Positions 27,834-37,731 of a stretch of 64,000 nt of DNA are shown here, in pieces. The position numbers were made by a program, and so were the translations under genes. Location: contig JACKAO010000006.1 of NCBI GenBank assembly GCA_020635035.1, forward strand, positions 57,583 to 121,582, given 5' to 3'. Below the pieces are notes generated by a model. It did no database searches. It was not told the origin of the DNA and worked only from the letters and a program-made list of their open reading frames with translations. Source of the DNA: Calditrichia bacterium (GTDB taxonomy: Bacteria; Calditrichota; Calditrichia; Calditrichales; J004). Every line of letters starts with the position of its first letter. The first letter of the stretch is position 1.

Positions 27834-28457
27834 ATGGGAGGATTGGTCGAGCTTTTCAATGATGGCGGAAATTTTATGTGGCCAATATTAGTGTTACTTG
27901 TTGTTGGTTTGGCATTCGTAATTGAACGTTTTGTTACTTTAACAAGAGCATCAGTAAATACACGTAAATTTTTAGCACGCTTGCATTCAGCATTGCACGA
28001 AGGCGGTATCGAAGGTGCTGCAGCTGAATGTGAAAAAACACCTGGTCCTGTTGCATCTATTTTGCATGCAGGATTGTCAAGAGCAGATAAAGGATTGCAA
28101 AATGTTGAAAAGGCAATAACAAATGCCGGTTCAATAGAAATGGCTTTCCTTGAAAGAGGTATGGCAGTACTTTCAACTGTAATTGTACTTGCGCCGATGC
28201 TTGGATTTACCGGAACGGTTTGGGGGATGATCGCCGCTTTCGATGCTATCAAAACAAAAAATGATATTTCACCTGCAGTAGTTGCCGGTGGTATTTCTCA
28301 GGCATTGTTAACAACACTTTTTGGGTTGGTTGTTGCTATGCTTATCCAGGTTTTCTTTAACTATTTTACATCCAAAATTGATAAACTTATTATTGATATG
28401 GAAGAAAGTTCTGTAGAATTGATGGATGCTTTGGTTGATCTGGAAGAAAAAAAATAA
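27834..28457 (+). CDS. exbB: MotA/TolQ/ExbB proton-channel protein
   Basis: Three TM helices. LGFTGTVWGMI and GGISQALLTTLFGL motifs. Confidence 0.85.
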   Translation: MGGLVELFNDGGNFMWPILVLLVVGLAFVIERFVTLTRASVNTRKFLARLHSALHEGGIEGAAAECEKTPGPVASILHAGLSRADKGLQNVEKAITNAGSIEMAFLERGMAVLSTVIVLAPMLGFTGTVWGMIAAFDAIKTKNDISPAVVAGGISQALLTTLFGLVVAMLIQVFFNYFTSKIDKLIIDMEESSVELMDALVDLEEKK

Positions 28458-28473
28458 ATAACCGGGATATATT

Positions 28474-28881
28474 ATGATCATTGGCAAGAAAAAAGAAAAA
28501 GATGTTGAAATACCATCCGCATCATTAGCAGATATAGTATTCCTGCTTTTGATTTTTTTCCTGGTAACAACATCGATTGATACTGAGAAAGGTTTAGACC
28601 TTGTGTTGCCGCCCCCGGGAGATACTGAAATAAAAATCCCTAAGAAAAATATTGCAAACCTGTTCATAAATGCCAGTGGCCAGGCGATGCTTGATAATGA
28701 AGTAATAGAAGTTCGTGAAATATCTAAAATTATTAAAGATAAATTGTTTGAAAACCCACTTCTTATTGTTTCATTAAAAACACACAAGGATTCAGAATAT
28801 GATGTTTACATCAAAGTACTGGATCAGTTAAAAAAGGCGGATGCAAAGAGAATTTCACTGGCTGAACCCGATGAAGAATAA
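28474..28881 (+). CDS. exbD: ExbD/TolR biopolymer transport protein
   Basis: 135 aa. N-terminal SLADIVFLLLIFFLVT TM motif. Confidence 0.8.
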   Translation: MIIGKKKEKDVEIPSASLADIVFLLLIFFLVTTSIDTEKGLDLVLPPPGDTEIKIPKKNIANLFINASGQAMLDNEVIEVREISKIIKDKLFENPLLIVSLKTHKDSEYDVYIKVLDQLKKADAKRISLAEPDEE

Positions 28882-28896
28882 CGAGGCATAAAGACA

Positions 28897-29316
28897 ATGC
28901 AATTTAAAAAGAAAAGTAAAATTAAATTAGCAATTCCTACTGCGTCCATGCCGGATATCATTTTCATGTTGTTAATATTTTTCATGGTTGCAACAGTAAT
29001 GCGAACCTATTCAGGTTTAAAAGTAAAGTTACCTGATGCAGCAAAAATTCAGAAACTTGATGTTTCGAAACGCCACATCTCAACAATCTGGGTTGATAAA
29101 GATAACAACATTGTAATGGATGATATCACCGTAAAAGATGTGAAGAATCTTAGAAACCTTGCATATCAAAAACGAGTGGACGATCCTCAACTTGTCATTT
29201 CTTTAAAAGGGGATCAATTAGCAAAGATGGGCGTTATTAATGATGTACATCAGGAGTTGCGTAAAGGAAGTGCTCTGAACGTAAATTATTCAGCAATGCC
29301 ATCAGGAGAGTTTTAA
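28897..29316 (+). CDS. exbD: ExbD/TolR biopolymer transport protein (second copy)
   Basis: 139 aa. SMPDIIFMLLIFFMV TM motif. Confidence 0.8.
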   Translation: MQFKKKSKIKLAIPTASMPDIIFMLLIFFMVATVMRTYSGLKVKLPDAAKIQKLDVSKRHISTIWVDKDNNIVMDDITVKDVKNLRNLAYQKRVDDPQLVISLKGDQLAKMGVINDVHQELRKGSALNVNYSAMPSGEF

Positions 29317-29946
29317 ATGAAGTCTATTGAAAAGACAGCAGACGCTGATTTAAGGCTAAAATATCAAAAAACACTGGAGTTATCAGCGGCAGTAGCAGTG
29401 CTTTTATTAACAGTTTTGTTCTTTTCATTTCAAAAATATGAAGGATCAATTGTTCTGCCTGAACAACCAAAGCTTGTTATTGAAAGTATTGAGATTCCAC
29501 CAACACAGCAATTCCAAAAACCGCCGCCACCATCCAGACCATCTATCCCCGTTGAATCTGAAGATGAAGATTTGCTGGATGACGTAACAATTGAAGAAAC
29601 CGAAATTGATTTAGGTGAAGTTTTCGAGGCACCGCCTCCTCCTCCTGAAGAAGATGAAGTATTTGAATTTTTTGCAGTTTCAGAAAAACCGGTTTTAAAG
29701 CATAAGGAAACTCCAACTTATCCTGACCTTGCAAGAAGAGCAGGAATTGAAGGACGGGTTACAGTTATGGTTACTATTTCAGAAACTGGTGATGTTCTTG
29801 ATGCTAAAATTTTAAAATCTGTTCCAATGCTGGATGAAGCAGCACTTGTTGCCGCAAAAAAATGTAAATTTAAACCGGCTAAACAAAGAGACAGGTTTGT
29901 AAAAGTAAAAATGTCAATTCCTTTTGATTTTAGATTAAAAGGTTAG
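29317..29946 (+). CDS. tonB: TonB-family energy transducer
   Basis: N-terminal TM, Pro-rich spacer (KPPPPSRPSIP, PPPPPEE), C-terminal TonB domain (YPDLARRAGIEGRV...F.PA...). Confidence 0.8.
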   Translation: MKSIEKTADADLRLKYQKTLELSAAVAVLLLTVLFFSFQKYEGSIVLPEQPKLVIESIEIPPTQQFQKPPPPSRPSIPVESEDEDLLDDVTIEETEIDLGEVFEAPPPPPEEDEVFEFFAVSEKPVLKHKETPTYPDLARRAGIEGRVTVMVTISETGDVLDAKILKSVPMLDEAALVAAKKCKFKPAKQRDRFVKVKMSIPFDFRLKG

Positions 29947-29954
29947 CTTTCCTA

Positions 29955-29980
29955 AGCCCCGATCCGGGGCTTTTTTTTTC
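29955..29980 (+). terminator. rho-independent terminator after tonB
   Basis: AGCCCCG-ATC-CGGGGCT hairpin followed by TTTTTTTTT. Confidence 0.75.
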
Positions 29981-30007
29981 TCTTATAACATACTGTCAAG
30001 ATTTCAG

Positions 30008-30877
30008 ATGAAGTATTCTCTTATAATTAATCCAAATTCTGGTAAAGACAGAAGTAAATTTGCGATTGTATCTCTAATAAAAAAATTTAATAAAGATGTT
30101 GATATTCTTTTTACTAAACATCCGGGACATGCTGGTAAATTGGCTAAAAAATCAGCAAGTGAAAAAAAAGATATTGTAATTGCAGCAGGTGGGGATGGAA
30201 CGATTAATGAGGTCGCATCTGCCCTGTTACATACTAATACTTCTCTGGGAATTATTCCATTAGGTTCAGGTAATGGTTATGCCCGTTCGCTGGACATACC
30301 TTTAAAACCATACGATGCGATGAATGTTATTTTTAAAAAAAATAAAAGGTTAGTTGATGTTGGAGAGATTAATGAGAAATATTTTTTTGCTGTAGCAGGT
30401 GTTGGATTAGATGCATCAATAGGTCAAAAATTTCAACAACATCATACCCGGGGTGCACTTCCATATTTTTATTTGGGGCTTAAATCTTATTTTGAATATG
30501 ATTATCCAAAATTCAATCTAAAAATAAATGATGAAATATTTAATATAAATCCTACGCTTATAACAATAGCTAATGCTAAACAATTTGGTAATGGTGCCAT
30601 AATTGCGCCGCAAGCAGATATTCAGGATGGATTATTGGACATATGTATTCTTGAAAAAATGTCTATTATTCAGTCATTAGACACGGTTTTGAAGTTGTTT
30701 AATGGAAAAATAGAAAAGGCGGGGAGTTATAAATCATATAGATGTAACAAATTGGAAATTTCTTCAGAACATAGATTAAACTATCATATCGATGGTGAGC
30801 CATTTCAGACAGATGTACCCTTAAAAATAGGAATAGCAAAAGAAGCTTTAAGTGTAATTTGTCCGACTAAGGATTAA
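30008..30877 (+). CDS. diacylglycerol/lipid kinase (YegS/BmrU family)
   Basis: INPNSG...; GGDGTINEV; PLGSGNG motifs. Confidence 0.8.
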   Translation: MKYSLIINPNSGKDRSKFAIVSLIKKFNKDVDILFTKHPGHAGKLAKKSASEKKDIVIAAGGDGTINEVASALLHTNTSLGIIPLGSGNGYARSLDIPLKPYDAMNVIFKKNKRLVDVGEINEKYFFAVAGVGLDASIGQKFQQHHTRGALPYFYLGLKSYFEYDYPKFNLKINDEIFNINPTLITIANAKQFGNGAIIAPQADIQDGLLDICILEKMSIIQSLDTVLKLFNGKIEKAGSYKSYRCNKLEISSEHRLNYHIDGEPFQTDVPLKIGIAKEALSVICPTKD

Positions 30878-30879
30878 AT

Positions 30880-32052
30880 ATGTCAGTAAATATTCTAACA
30901 AAATTAGCTGCAGAAATAAACAAAGCAGAATCAAAATCTTTTTCAAAACTTGCAACAACGCATAGTGAAGCCCGCAGAAAAACTACCGAACGGGAAATTA
31001 ATTTCAGGCCACCTTTTGCCCTGGATCGTGACCGTATTATGTATTCTGGAGCATTCAGAAGGTATACCGGTAAAACGCAAGTAGTCTATTTCGCATCATT
31101 GTTGGATGAACAACTTACAAGCCGCAGCTTGCATACCATTAGTGTTGCCCAAATTGCTAAAACCATTGGTCGTTTTCTTTCTTTAAATACTGATTTAATT
31201 GATGCTATCGCGCTTGGTCATGATTTAGGACACCCACCTTTCGGACATGATGGCGAAGTCTTTCTAAGTGAAGTAAGTCAACAAGTTGGAATTGGTCATT
31301 TTCATCATAATATTCAAAGTTTACGCGCAGTAGATGTGATTGCAAAAAAAGGGACAGGTTTAAATTTAACATTTCAGACAAGAGATGGTATTGTTTCACA
31401 CAATGGTGAAGTAAATGATGAAAAATTAAGTCCCGACCGTTCAAAAACAGAAAAAGACCTGGATTCTTATATAAATAGGATGCAATCCGGTGAAAATGTT
31501 GATACTGCACCGTCAACGCTTGAAGGCTGTGTTGTGAGAATAACGGACACGATCGCTTACATTGGACAGGATATTGAAGACGCAATACGAATTGGTTTGA
31601 TTAAAAGAGAAGATCTGCCGGAAGAGCCGGTTAAAGTACTTGGCAATTCGAATGGAAAAATAATCGAAACACTTGTGAATGATGTTGTATTGCAGAGTTA
31701 TGAAAAAGATTATGTAGCATTTAGTGATAAGATTGCCGAAGCCCTGTTTGAACTTAAAAAATTTAATTATGCTAAGATTTACAAAAGTCCTAAATTAAAA
31801 GTAAATCATGTTAAAATAAAACGCGGGTTTAAAATTTTGTTTGATTTATACATCGATGCTTTAAAAAAACAAGATAAAACAAACGAAATTTATCAACATT
31901 TTTTGAATACAAAAAATCCTGTTTATCTTAAGAATAATCCTGCAGAATTAATTGTCCGTGATTTTATTGCCGGTATGACAGACAGATACTTTGTACATGT
32001 CTTGACAAATCATATTTTACCTGAAATTACCCGATTTGATGTTGAAAACTGA
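30880..32052 (+). CDS. HD-domain dGTPase-like triphosphohydrolase
   Basis: F.RD.DRI..S.AFRR and HDLGHPPFGH motifs. 390 aa. Confidence 0.75.
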   Translation: MSVNILTKLAAEINKAESKSFSKLATTHSEARRKTTEREINFRPPFALDRDRIMYSGAFRRYTGKTQVVYFASLLDEQLTSRSLHTISVAQIAKTIGRFLSLNTDLIDAIALGHDLGHPPFGHDGEVFLSEVSQQVGIGHFHHNIQSLRAVDVIAKKGTGLNLTFQTRDGIVSHNGEVNDEKLSPDRSKTEKDLDSYINRMQSGENVDTAPSTLEGCVVRITDTIAYIGQDIEDAIRIGLIKREDLPEEPVKVLGNSNGKIIETLVNDVVLQSYEKDYVAFSDKIAEALFELKKFNYAKIYKSPKLKVNHVKIKRGFKILFDLYIDALKKQDKTNEIYQHFLNTKNPVYLKNNPAELIVRDFIAGMTDRYFVHVLTNHILPEITRFDVEN

Positions 32053-32069
32053 TAACCCGGAAAGTAAAA

Positions 32070-33314
32070 ATGCCACAGACTTCTTTTAAGAAAATAAGTC
32101 AAGCTATCGACAGTCAAACATCAGAAGCAATTCAGTTGATGAAAAATCTGGTTTCTATTAAAGCATTAGGTCCTAAAAATTATGGAAATGGTGAAATAGA
32201 AAAAGCCGAGTTTTTACAATCTTATCTTTCAACAATTGGTTTCAGTGGGATACAGGAATTTCCTGCGGCTGATCCGGATGTTAAAGGAGGAATTCGTCCA
32301 AACATAATTGCACGCATTCCTGGTAAAAATAAAAATAAGACAATATGGATTATGAGTCATTTGGACGTTGTTCCTGAAGGAGAACTTTCGAAATGGGACA
32401 GCAATCCATTTGAAGCAGTTGTAAGAGACGGTAAAATATTTGGACGGGGCACTGAAGACAATAACCAGGGTTTGGTCAGTTCGCTTATAATGGCAAAAGT
32501 TTTTCTTGATGAAAAAATTACTCCTGAGTATAATTTAGCTCTTTTATTTGTTTCTGATGAGGAAACGGGCAGTACATTTGGATTAGATTTTCTTGTCAAA
32601 AATCATCGGGAGCTATTTAAAGATGACGATTTATATATTGTACCCGATGCAGGTGAAGCGGATGGCGGTATGATTGAAGTTGCCGAAAAGTCAATTTTGT
32701 GGCTTAAGTTTAAAACAACAGGTGTTCAGGTACACGCAAGTTTACCCGGAAAGGGAATTAATGCTTTTAAGGCAGCTTCACATTTAGTTGTAGCTTTAAA
32801 TGGTTTGCACGAAACATTTAACGGTGTTAATGAAGTTTTTGACCCTCCAATCAGTACATTCGAGCCAACCAGGAAAGAGAAAAATGTTATAAATATTAAT
32901 ACAATTCCTGGTGAAGACATTTTTTATATGGATTGCAGGATTCTGCCAAGGTATCAATTAAAAGATGTACTAAAAAAAGTAAAAAACATATGCACGAATG
33001 TTGAGAATGAATTTAATGTAAATATTGAAATTTCGGTTGAACAGGAAGAACAAGCTGCGCCTGCAACTTCTGTGGATGCCAAAATTGTGCAGGCACTAAA
33101 AAAAGCTATTAAAGATGTTTACAATATAAATGCCCGTCCGCGCGGTATAGGTGGTGGGACAGTTGCGTCGATATTTAGAAAAGCCGGATTGGATGTTGCG
33201 GTGTGGTCAAGGATTGATGATTTGGCACACCAGCCTAATGAATATTGCCGTATTGATAATCTAATCAATGATGCAAAAGTATTTGCACATGTATGTATGC
33301 AAACAATTGTTTAG
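32070..33314 (+). CDS. M20-family metallohydrolase (ArgE/DapE-like)
   Basis: SHLDVVP and SDEETGS metal-ligand motifs. 414 aa. Substrate not assignable. Confidence 0.7.
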   Translation: MPQTSFKKISQAIDSQTSEAIQLMKNLVSIKALGPKNYGNGEIEKAEFLQSYLSTIGFSGIQEFPAADPDVKGGIRPNIIARIPGKNKNKTIWIMSHLDVVPEGELSKWDSNPFEAVVRDGKIFGRGTEDNNQGLVSSLIMAKVFLDEKITPEYNLALLFVSDEETGSTFGLDFLVKNHRELFKDDDLYIVPDAGEADGGMIEVAEKSILWLKFKTTGVQVHASLPGKGINAFKAASHLVVALNGLHETFNGVNEVFDPPISTFEPTRKEKNVININTIPGEDIFYMDCRILPRYQLKDVLKKVKNICTNVENEFNVNIEISVEQEEQAAPATSVDAKIVQALKKAIKDVYNINARPRGIGGGTVASIFRKAGLDVAVWSRIDDLAHQPNEYCRIDNLINDAKVFAHVCMQTIV

Positions 33315-33370
33315 CATAAATAGATGTTATTGACTAGTATTTTTTATGCATGTACATTTATGATATGTTA

Positions 33371-33442
<72 letters not shown>

Positions 33443-33583
33443 CTAATGCTTTTTGTTTCTCAAAGTTAGAATTTTGTATATTTTGTTTGTGTATTATTGA
33501 CGATTATCACAGAATAAAATCACTCTTGTGACTTAATTGCTGTTCAATGCCTAATTACTTCGAATTATAACCAGGGAGGAGAT

Positions 33584-34414
33584 ATGAGATTATCTCGGAT
33601 AATATTTCTCACTGCATTTATTTTGTCTGCAATTAATATAAATGCGCAAATCTATCAACAAGTACCAAATGCCGGGGCAATCAACTGGCAGGATCAAATT
33701 CTAAATAGCACAGGTATAGGTGCACCTGACCCCAAAGTACCATTTGCTGCTCAAAGAGCTGGTGCAATCCGTGCTGCTAAACTTGACGCATTACGGCAAT
33801 TGCTGGAAACGGTAAAAGGGATGAATCTTACATCTGAAACGACTGTTAGAAATGCTATGATTGAAAATGATGTTATTCAAACCCGTGTCGAAGGCGTGGT
33901 AAAGAATTTTAAAATGACAGACACACGTTATCTAAGCGATGGGAGTGTTGAAGTTGATGTTGAAATTCCCCTGAGCGGTATCCTTCTTAACGAACTTTTA
34001 CCACAGCAGGTTGGAGGAAAGGTTCCTGGCAGCATTAATTATAATGTTAGCCCGCAACCAAACTTTAGTAATACTATTTTTACAGGTCTGATAATTGATG
34101 CCCGCGGACTGGGTTTACGACCGGCTATGGCACCGAAAGTACTTGATGAAAATGGCAATGAAGTTTATGGAACCGGTTATGTCAGCAGAGATTATGCTGT
34201 GCAGATAGGTGTTGTCGGCTATGAGAAAGATATGAGCCGGGCAGCTAAAGACGACCGTGTAAAAGACAATCCGGTTGTTGTCAAAGCTCTGCGTGTGGAA
34301 GGAACAAACCAGACAGATGTTGTTATTTCCAACAATGATGCTGCAAATATCTCAGCAGCTGGCAAAAACCTTAATTTTATGGAACAATGTAAAGTAATGT
34401 TCATCTTAGACTAA
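33584..34414 (+). CDS. exported LPP20-like domain protein with unknown C-terminal domain
   Basis: Signal peptide (..ININAQ). QRAGAIRAAKLDALRQLLETVKG resembles the LPP20 lipoprotein family. C-terminal half (TGLIIDARGLGLRPAMAPKVLDENGNEVYG...) not recognised. Confidence 0.5.
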   Translation: MRLSRIIFLTAFILSAININAQIYQQVPNAGAINWQDQILNSTGIGAPDPKVPFAAQRAGAIRAAKLDALRQLLETVKGMNLTSETTVRNAMIENDVIQTRVEGVVKNFKMTDTRYLSDGSVEVDVEIPLSGILLNELLPQQVGGKVPGSINYNVSPQPNFSNTIFTGLIIDARGLGLRPAMAPKVLDENGNEVYGTGYVSRDYAVQIGVVGYEKDMSRAAKDDRVKDNPVVVKALRVEGTNQTDVVISNNDAANISAAGKNLNFMEQCKVMFILD

Positions 34415-34429
34415 GCGGAGAAATTGAAA

Positions 34430-35593
34430 ATGAAAGCATATTTTTACAAAATCGCTATTCTGCTTTTTACTGCTATCTTTGTTTTTCAATGTGCTGGACC
34501 CAAAGAAAGAAAAGCGGAATCAGTTCTTGATACGCCTGAATATCATTATAACCAGGGTATTAAATTTCTGAATAATAATGACCTAACAAATGCAGAACGG
34601 GAATTTAATCTTGCTAAAAGTTTAAAAGATGATTTTGCTCCTGCTTATGAAGGTCTCGCACTTGTGGCAATTGAAAAAGGCGATCTCAAAAAAGCCGAAA
34701 AACTAATAGATGAATCTATGAGTCGCGATGGTGACTGGACCCCGGCACAGGTTGCAAAAGGCAGATTATTACTTGCAAAAGAACAGTATGAAGATGCGGT
34801 CGAAGAATTTGAAGATGCCATTGATGATGTCAATGATTCAAAAACTGTTAAAGACAAAAAAACAGTAAAAAAAGACGCTTACTATTGGATGGGTGTTGCT
34901 TATAAAAGATGGGAAAAATATATAGATGCACAGACATCTTTCCAGAAAATTCTTGAGATTGACAACACTGATACCAGAGCTATGGTTGCTATTAAGGAAT
35001 TAGCGGAATATCAGGCGGCGGTTGCCGGTCAGTCTCCAGAGCTTCGTAAAATTGCCGCCCAAAAAGAAATTACCCGCGCGGATGTTGCTGTTTTATTTGT
35101 TACGGAGATGCCCCTGGACAAAATTTTCAGAAAATCTTCTGCAACACAAAGCACTAAGTTTGCAGCGCCAAGCCAGGGAATTATGGGTAAACAGGAAGCA
35201 AAACCAGCCAATCCTGATTGGTGGGCAACCGATGTAAAAGAAGATCATTGGGCGAAATCATTTATTGATAAAGCGCTGGAAAAAGGTATTATTGAAAAAT
35301 ATCCCGATGGAACATTCCGGCCGGATGAAAAAGTAAATCGTGCCGAATTTGCAATGCTTATTCAGCATTTCCTTGTAAAAGCATTTGATGATCGTTCTAT
35401 CGAAACTAAACATTTTGGTGATACAAGCCCCTTTAGTGATGTACTTAATACTTCACCGGTATTTAATGCTATAATGGTCGTAACAACGCGTAATATTATG
35501 CCGGCCATTGTAGATGGCACTTTTCGTCCATTACAGGTTGTTTCGGGTGCTGAATCTTTAAATGTAATTCGTAACCTGAAGGCTCAATTCTAA
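34430..35593 (+). CDS. lipoprotein with TPR repeats and C-terminal SLH (S-layer homology) domains
   Basis: Signal peptide ending in Cys (VFQC). TPR-like helices (YHYNQGIKFLNNND..AEREF). SLH-like segments (ITRADVAVLFV; HWAKSFIDKALEKGIIEKYPDGTFRPDEKVNRAEFAMLI; FSDV...DGTFRP). ATG 34430 preferred over TTG 34424 because GGAG lies 9 nt upstream. Confidence 0.6.
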   Translation: MKAYFYKIAILLFTAIFVFQCAGPKERKAESVLDTPEYHYNQGIKFLNNNDLTNAEREFNLAKSLKDDFAPAYEGLALVAIEKGDLKKAEKLIDESMSRDGDWTPAQVAKGRLLLAKEQYEDAVEEFEDAIDDVNDSKTVKDKKTVKKDAYYWMGVAYKRWEKYIDAQTSFQKILEIDNTDTRAMVAIKELAEYQAAVAGQSPELRKIAAQKEITRADVAVLFVTEMPLDKIFRKSSATQSTKFAAPSQGIMGKQEAKPANPDWWATDVKEDHWAKSFIDKALEKGIIEKYPDGTFRPDEKVNRAEFAMLIQHFLVKAFDDRSIETKHFGDTSPFSDVLNTSPVFNAIMVVTTRNIMPAIVDGTFRPLQVVSGAESLNVIRNLKAQF

Positions 35594-35619
35594 ATCCTTA
35601 TAATTCAAAGACACTAATT

Positions 35620-36813
35620 ATGAAAAATCTACTTTTGAAATTTTTAAGCATACTGCTGATTTCAAATTTTGTTTTTGCTCAGGATGCACAAACCGTAACT
35701 GCCACGGGTTTTGGAGCAATTCTTGCCGGTGACATGGTAAAAGCCCGCGAAGATGCTGTTAATGACGCGCTGCGAAAAGCGGTGGAACAGGTCGTTGGTC
35801 TGATGATTGATTCACGGACAGTAACAGAAAACTTTATGCTTCTTGAAGATAAAATATATACGAAAACAGCAGGTTATGTGCAGAGTTTTAAAGAGATATC
35901 ATCCACTACGCGGCCGGATAATTCACTTGAAGTAACTGTTGAAGCCATTGTAAAAACAGGTGATCTTAAAAATGACCTGGATGGAATTCTGACAACATTA
36001 AGACGAGAAGGTATGCCACGTACAATGGTACTGATCAAAGAAGAAAATATCGGTCAAAACCAGTGGCATATTACATCAGATCTAAATACGGCTGAAACAG
36101 CTATCATGAACACAATGATGGAGTTTGGTTTTCCTTTTGTGGATGCAGCAACTTCCCGAAATAATATAGAAAAAGATGCAGTGATGGCCGCTATTAATGG
36201 TGATGCAAATGCAGCAGCAGCCATTGCTAAAAGAAGCGGAGCTGAAATCCTTATTGTTGGAAATGCCAAGTCCACAGTTACCCAACTCGCTGTGATGAAA
36301 TCTTCCGGGATGAAAACCTGTTCAGCGAATATGAACCTAAGGGTTATTCGGGCAGATGATGCTGTTGTTATTGCAACATCTTCTGCAAGGGGTGTTGCTG
36401 CCCATATTGATGAGCTGACAGGTAGCAGCCAGGCTCTGGAAAAGGCATCCAAACAAGCAGCAACAGAGCTTAAAGATAAGATTATTGAGAAATTCCGTGA
36501 AAACCAGTATGCACATCGTCAGGTGCAACTACAGGTTTTAAATATCTCGAGCTTTTCGCAATTGAGCACGATTAAAAACAGCCTGCCTTACTACATTCGT
36601 GGTGTAAAAAACATTTATCAGCGGAATTTTGAAAATGGCAGTGCTTTGTTTGATATAGAAATTTCTCAGACAGCTGAAACGGTTGCCAGTGAACTCTCTT
36701 CTAAAACTATTGAAGGAATCAATCTTGAGATTATCGGAGTTACACAAAACAAAGTGACTGCCAGGATAGCTCAGGAGAGCCAACAGACAAGTGAAGAAGG
36801 AGGCGTAAATTGA
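35620..36813 (+). CDS. exported protein with FlgT-N/LPP20-like N-terminal domain
   Basis: Signal peptide (FVFAQ). VTATGFGAI...AREDAVNDALRKAVEQVVG resembles FlgT N-terminal / LPP20-type domains. The middle domain (PRTMVLIKEEN...) resembles the CsgG/LpoB-like fold. Pattern-level recognition only. Confidence 0.4.
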   Translation: MKNLLLKFLSILLISNFVFAQDAQTVTATGFGAILAGDMVKAREDAVNDALRKAVEQVVGLMIDSRTVTENFMLLEDKIYTKTAGYVQSFKEISSTTRPDNSLEVTVEAIVKTGDLKNDLDGILTTLRREGMPRTMVLIKEENIGQNQWHITSDLNTAETAIMNTMMEFGFPFVDAATSRNNIEKDAVMAAINGDANAAAAIAKRSGAEILIVGNAKSTVTQLAVMKSSGMKTCSANMNLRVIRADDAVVIATSSARGVAAHIDELTGSSQALEKASKQAATELKDKIIEKFRENQYAHRQVQLQVLNISSFSQLSTIKNSLPYYIRGVKNIYQRNFENGSALFDIEISQTAETVASELSSKTIEGINLEIIGVTQNKVTARIAQESQQTSEEGGVN

Positions 36814-37721
36814 AAAACATTACTTTATGCAAAGCGGTGCTGATCAGCCTGATTTTTGCTTCAGTTTTGTTTAGTCAGGATTTAGCCAATCTAAAAAAAC
36901 GTGTAGCAGTTGTAAATTTTGAAGATGCGGCAGGATATGGCCATAATATTGGAAATGGTTTATCAGACATGCTGATTACAGCACTTGTGGAAAGCAAAAA
37001 ATTTATAGTAATTGAACGCGGTGAACTGGATCAGGTTATGCAGGAACAAGGCTTAGGTATGACGGGTGCGGTAACACCGCAATCGGCAGCAAAAGTTGGT
37101 CAGCTTCTTGGAGTGGAATTGATAATTACCGGTAGTGTGAGTGAGTTTGGCACTAAGCAGGATAAGATCGGCGGGGCTTTAAGTAACCTGAGCGGTTTTA
37201 ACCTGGGTGTTTCAACAGAGTCAGCGCGCTCCGTTGTAGATATCAGGCTTGTTAATACATCTACCGGAGAAATTATTACAGCGAAAAAAGCAGAAGGCGA
37301 AGAAAGTTCAAAGAGCCTGGATAATATTGGTGTTGACGGTATCAATTTTAATAATTCTTCAACCTGGGATAAAACTATTCTTGGAAAAGCTGCCCGGCAG
37401 TCTGTTGAAAAATGTGTTGATATTATCACAGATGGCATGGCTGATATTACCTGGCAGGGCAAGGTTATTAAAGCAAATTCTGATGGTACTTTGTTTATGA
37501 AACCCGGATCTGCGGCAGGAGTAAGCAGTGGCATGACGTTTTGGGTTTACAGACCGGGAGAAGAGCTTATTGATCCTGATACAGGAATTTCCCTCGGTTC
37601 TGAAGAAATGAAAATTGGTAAAATTGAAGTAGTAAGCGATGTTGCCGGGGGAAAGGCCTGCAAAGCAATTGTAAAAAGCGGCAGCAATTTTGAAACAGGT
37701 GACCTTGTACGAATAAAATAA
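36810..37721 (+). CDS. CsgG/HfaB-family (curli-secretion-channel-like) protein
   Basis: KKRVAVVNFED....G.GLSDMLITALVESKKF.VIERGELDQVMQEQ...GAV...SAAKVGQLLGV..IITGSV.EFG is the CsgG-family core. TTG start overlaps the upstream stop (TTGA), with GAAGGAGG 7 nt upstream. Confidence 0.7.
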   Translation: MKNITLCKAVLISLIFASVLFSQDLANLKKRVAVVNFEDAAGYGHNIGNGLSDMLITALVESKKFIVIERGELDQVMQEQGLGMTGAVTPQSAAKVGQLLGVELIITGSVSEFGTKQDKIGGALSNLSGFNLGVSTESARSVVDIRLVNTSTGEIITAKKAEGEESSKSLDNIGVDGINFNNSSTWDKTILGKAARQSVEKCVDIITDGMADITWQGKVIKANSDGTLFMKPGSAAGVSSGMTFWVYRPGEELIDPDTGISLGSEEMKIGKIEVVSDVAGGKACKAIVKSGSNFETGDLVRIK

Positions 37722-37731
37722 TGGGGACGAA

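Noticed and set aside
27806-28252. 148-aa minus-strand ORF antisense to exbB. Similar long antisense ORFs occur at 36054-36452, 37100-37534, 14166-14537, 17148-17534 and 28308-28787 (all minus strand) and at 47037-47471 and 48661-48987 (plus strand).
   Set aside because: Each lies entirely inside a confidently identified gene on the opposite strand and has low-complexity, motif-free translations. They are typical shadow ORFs.
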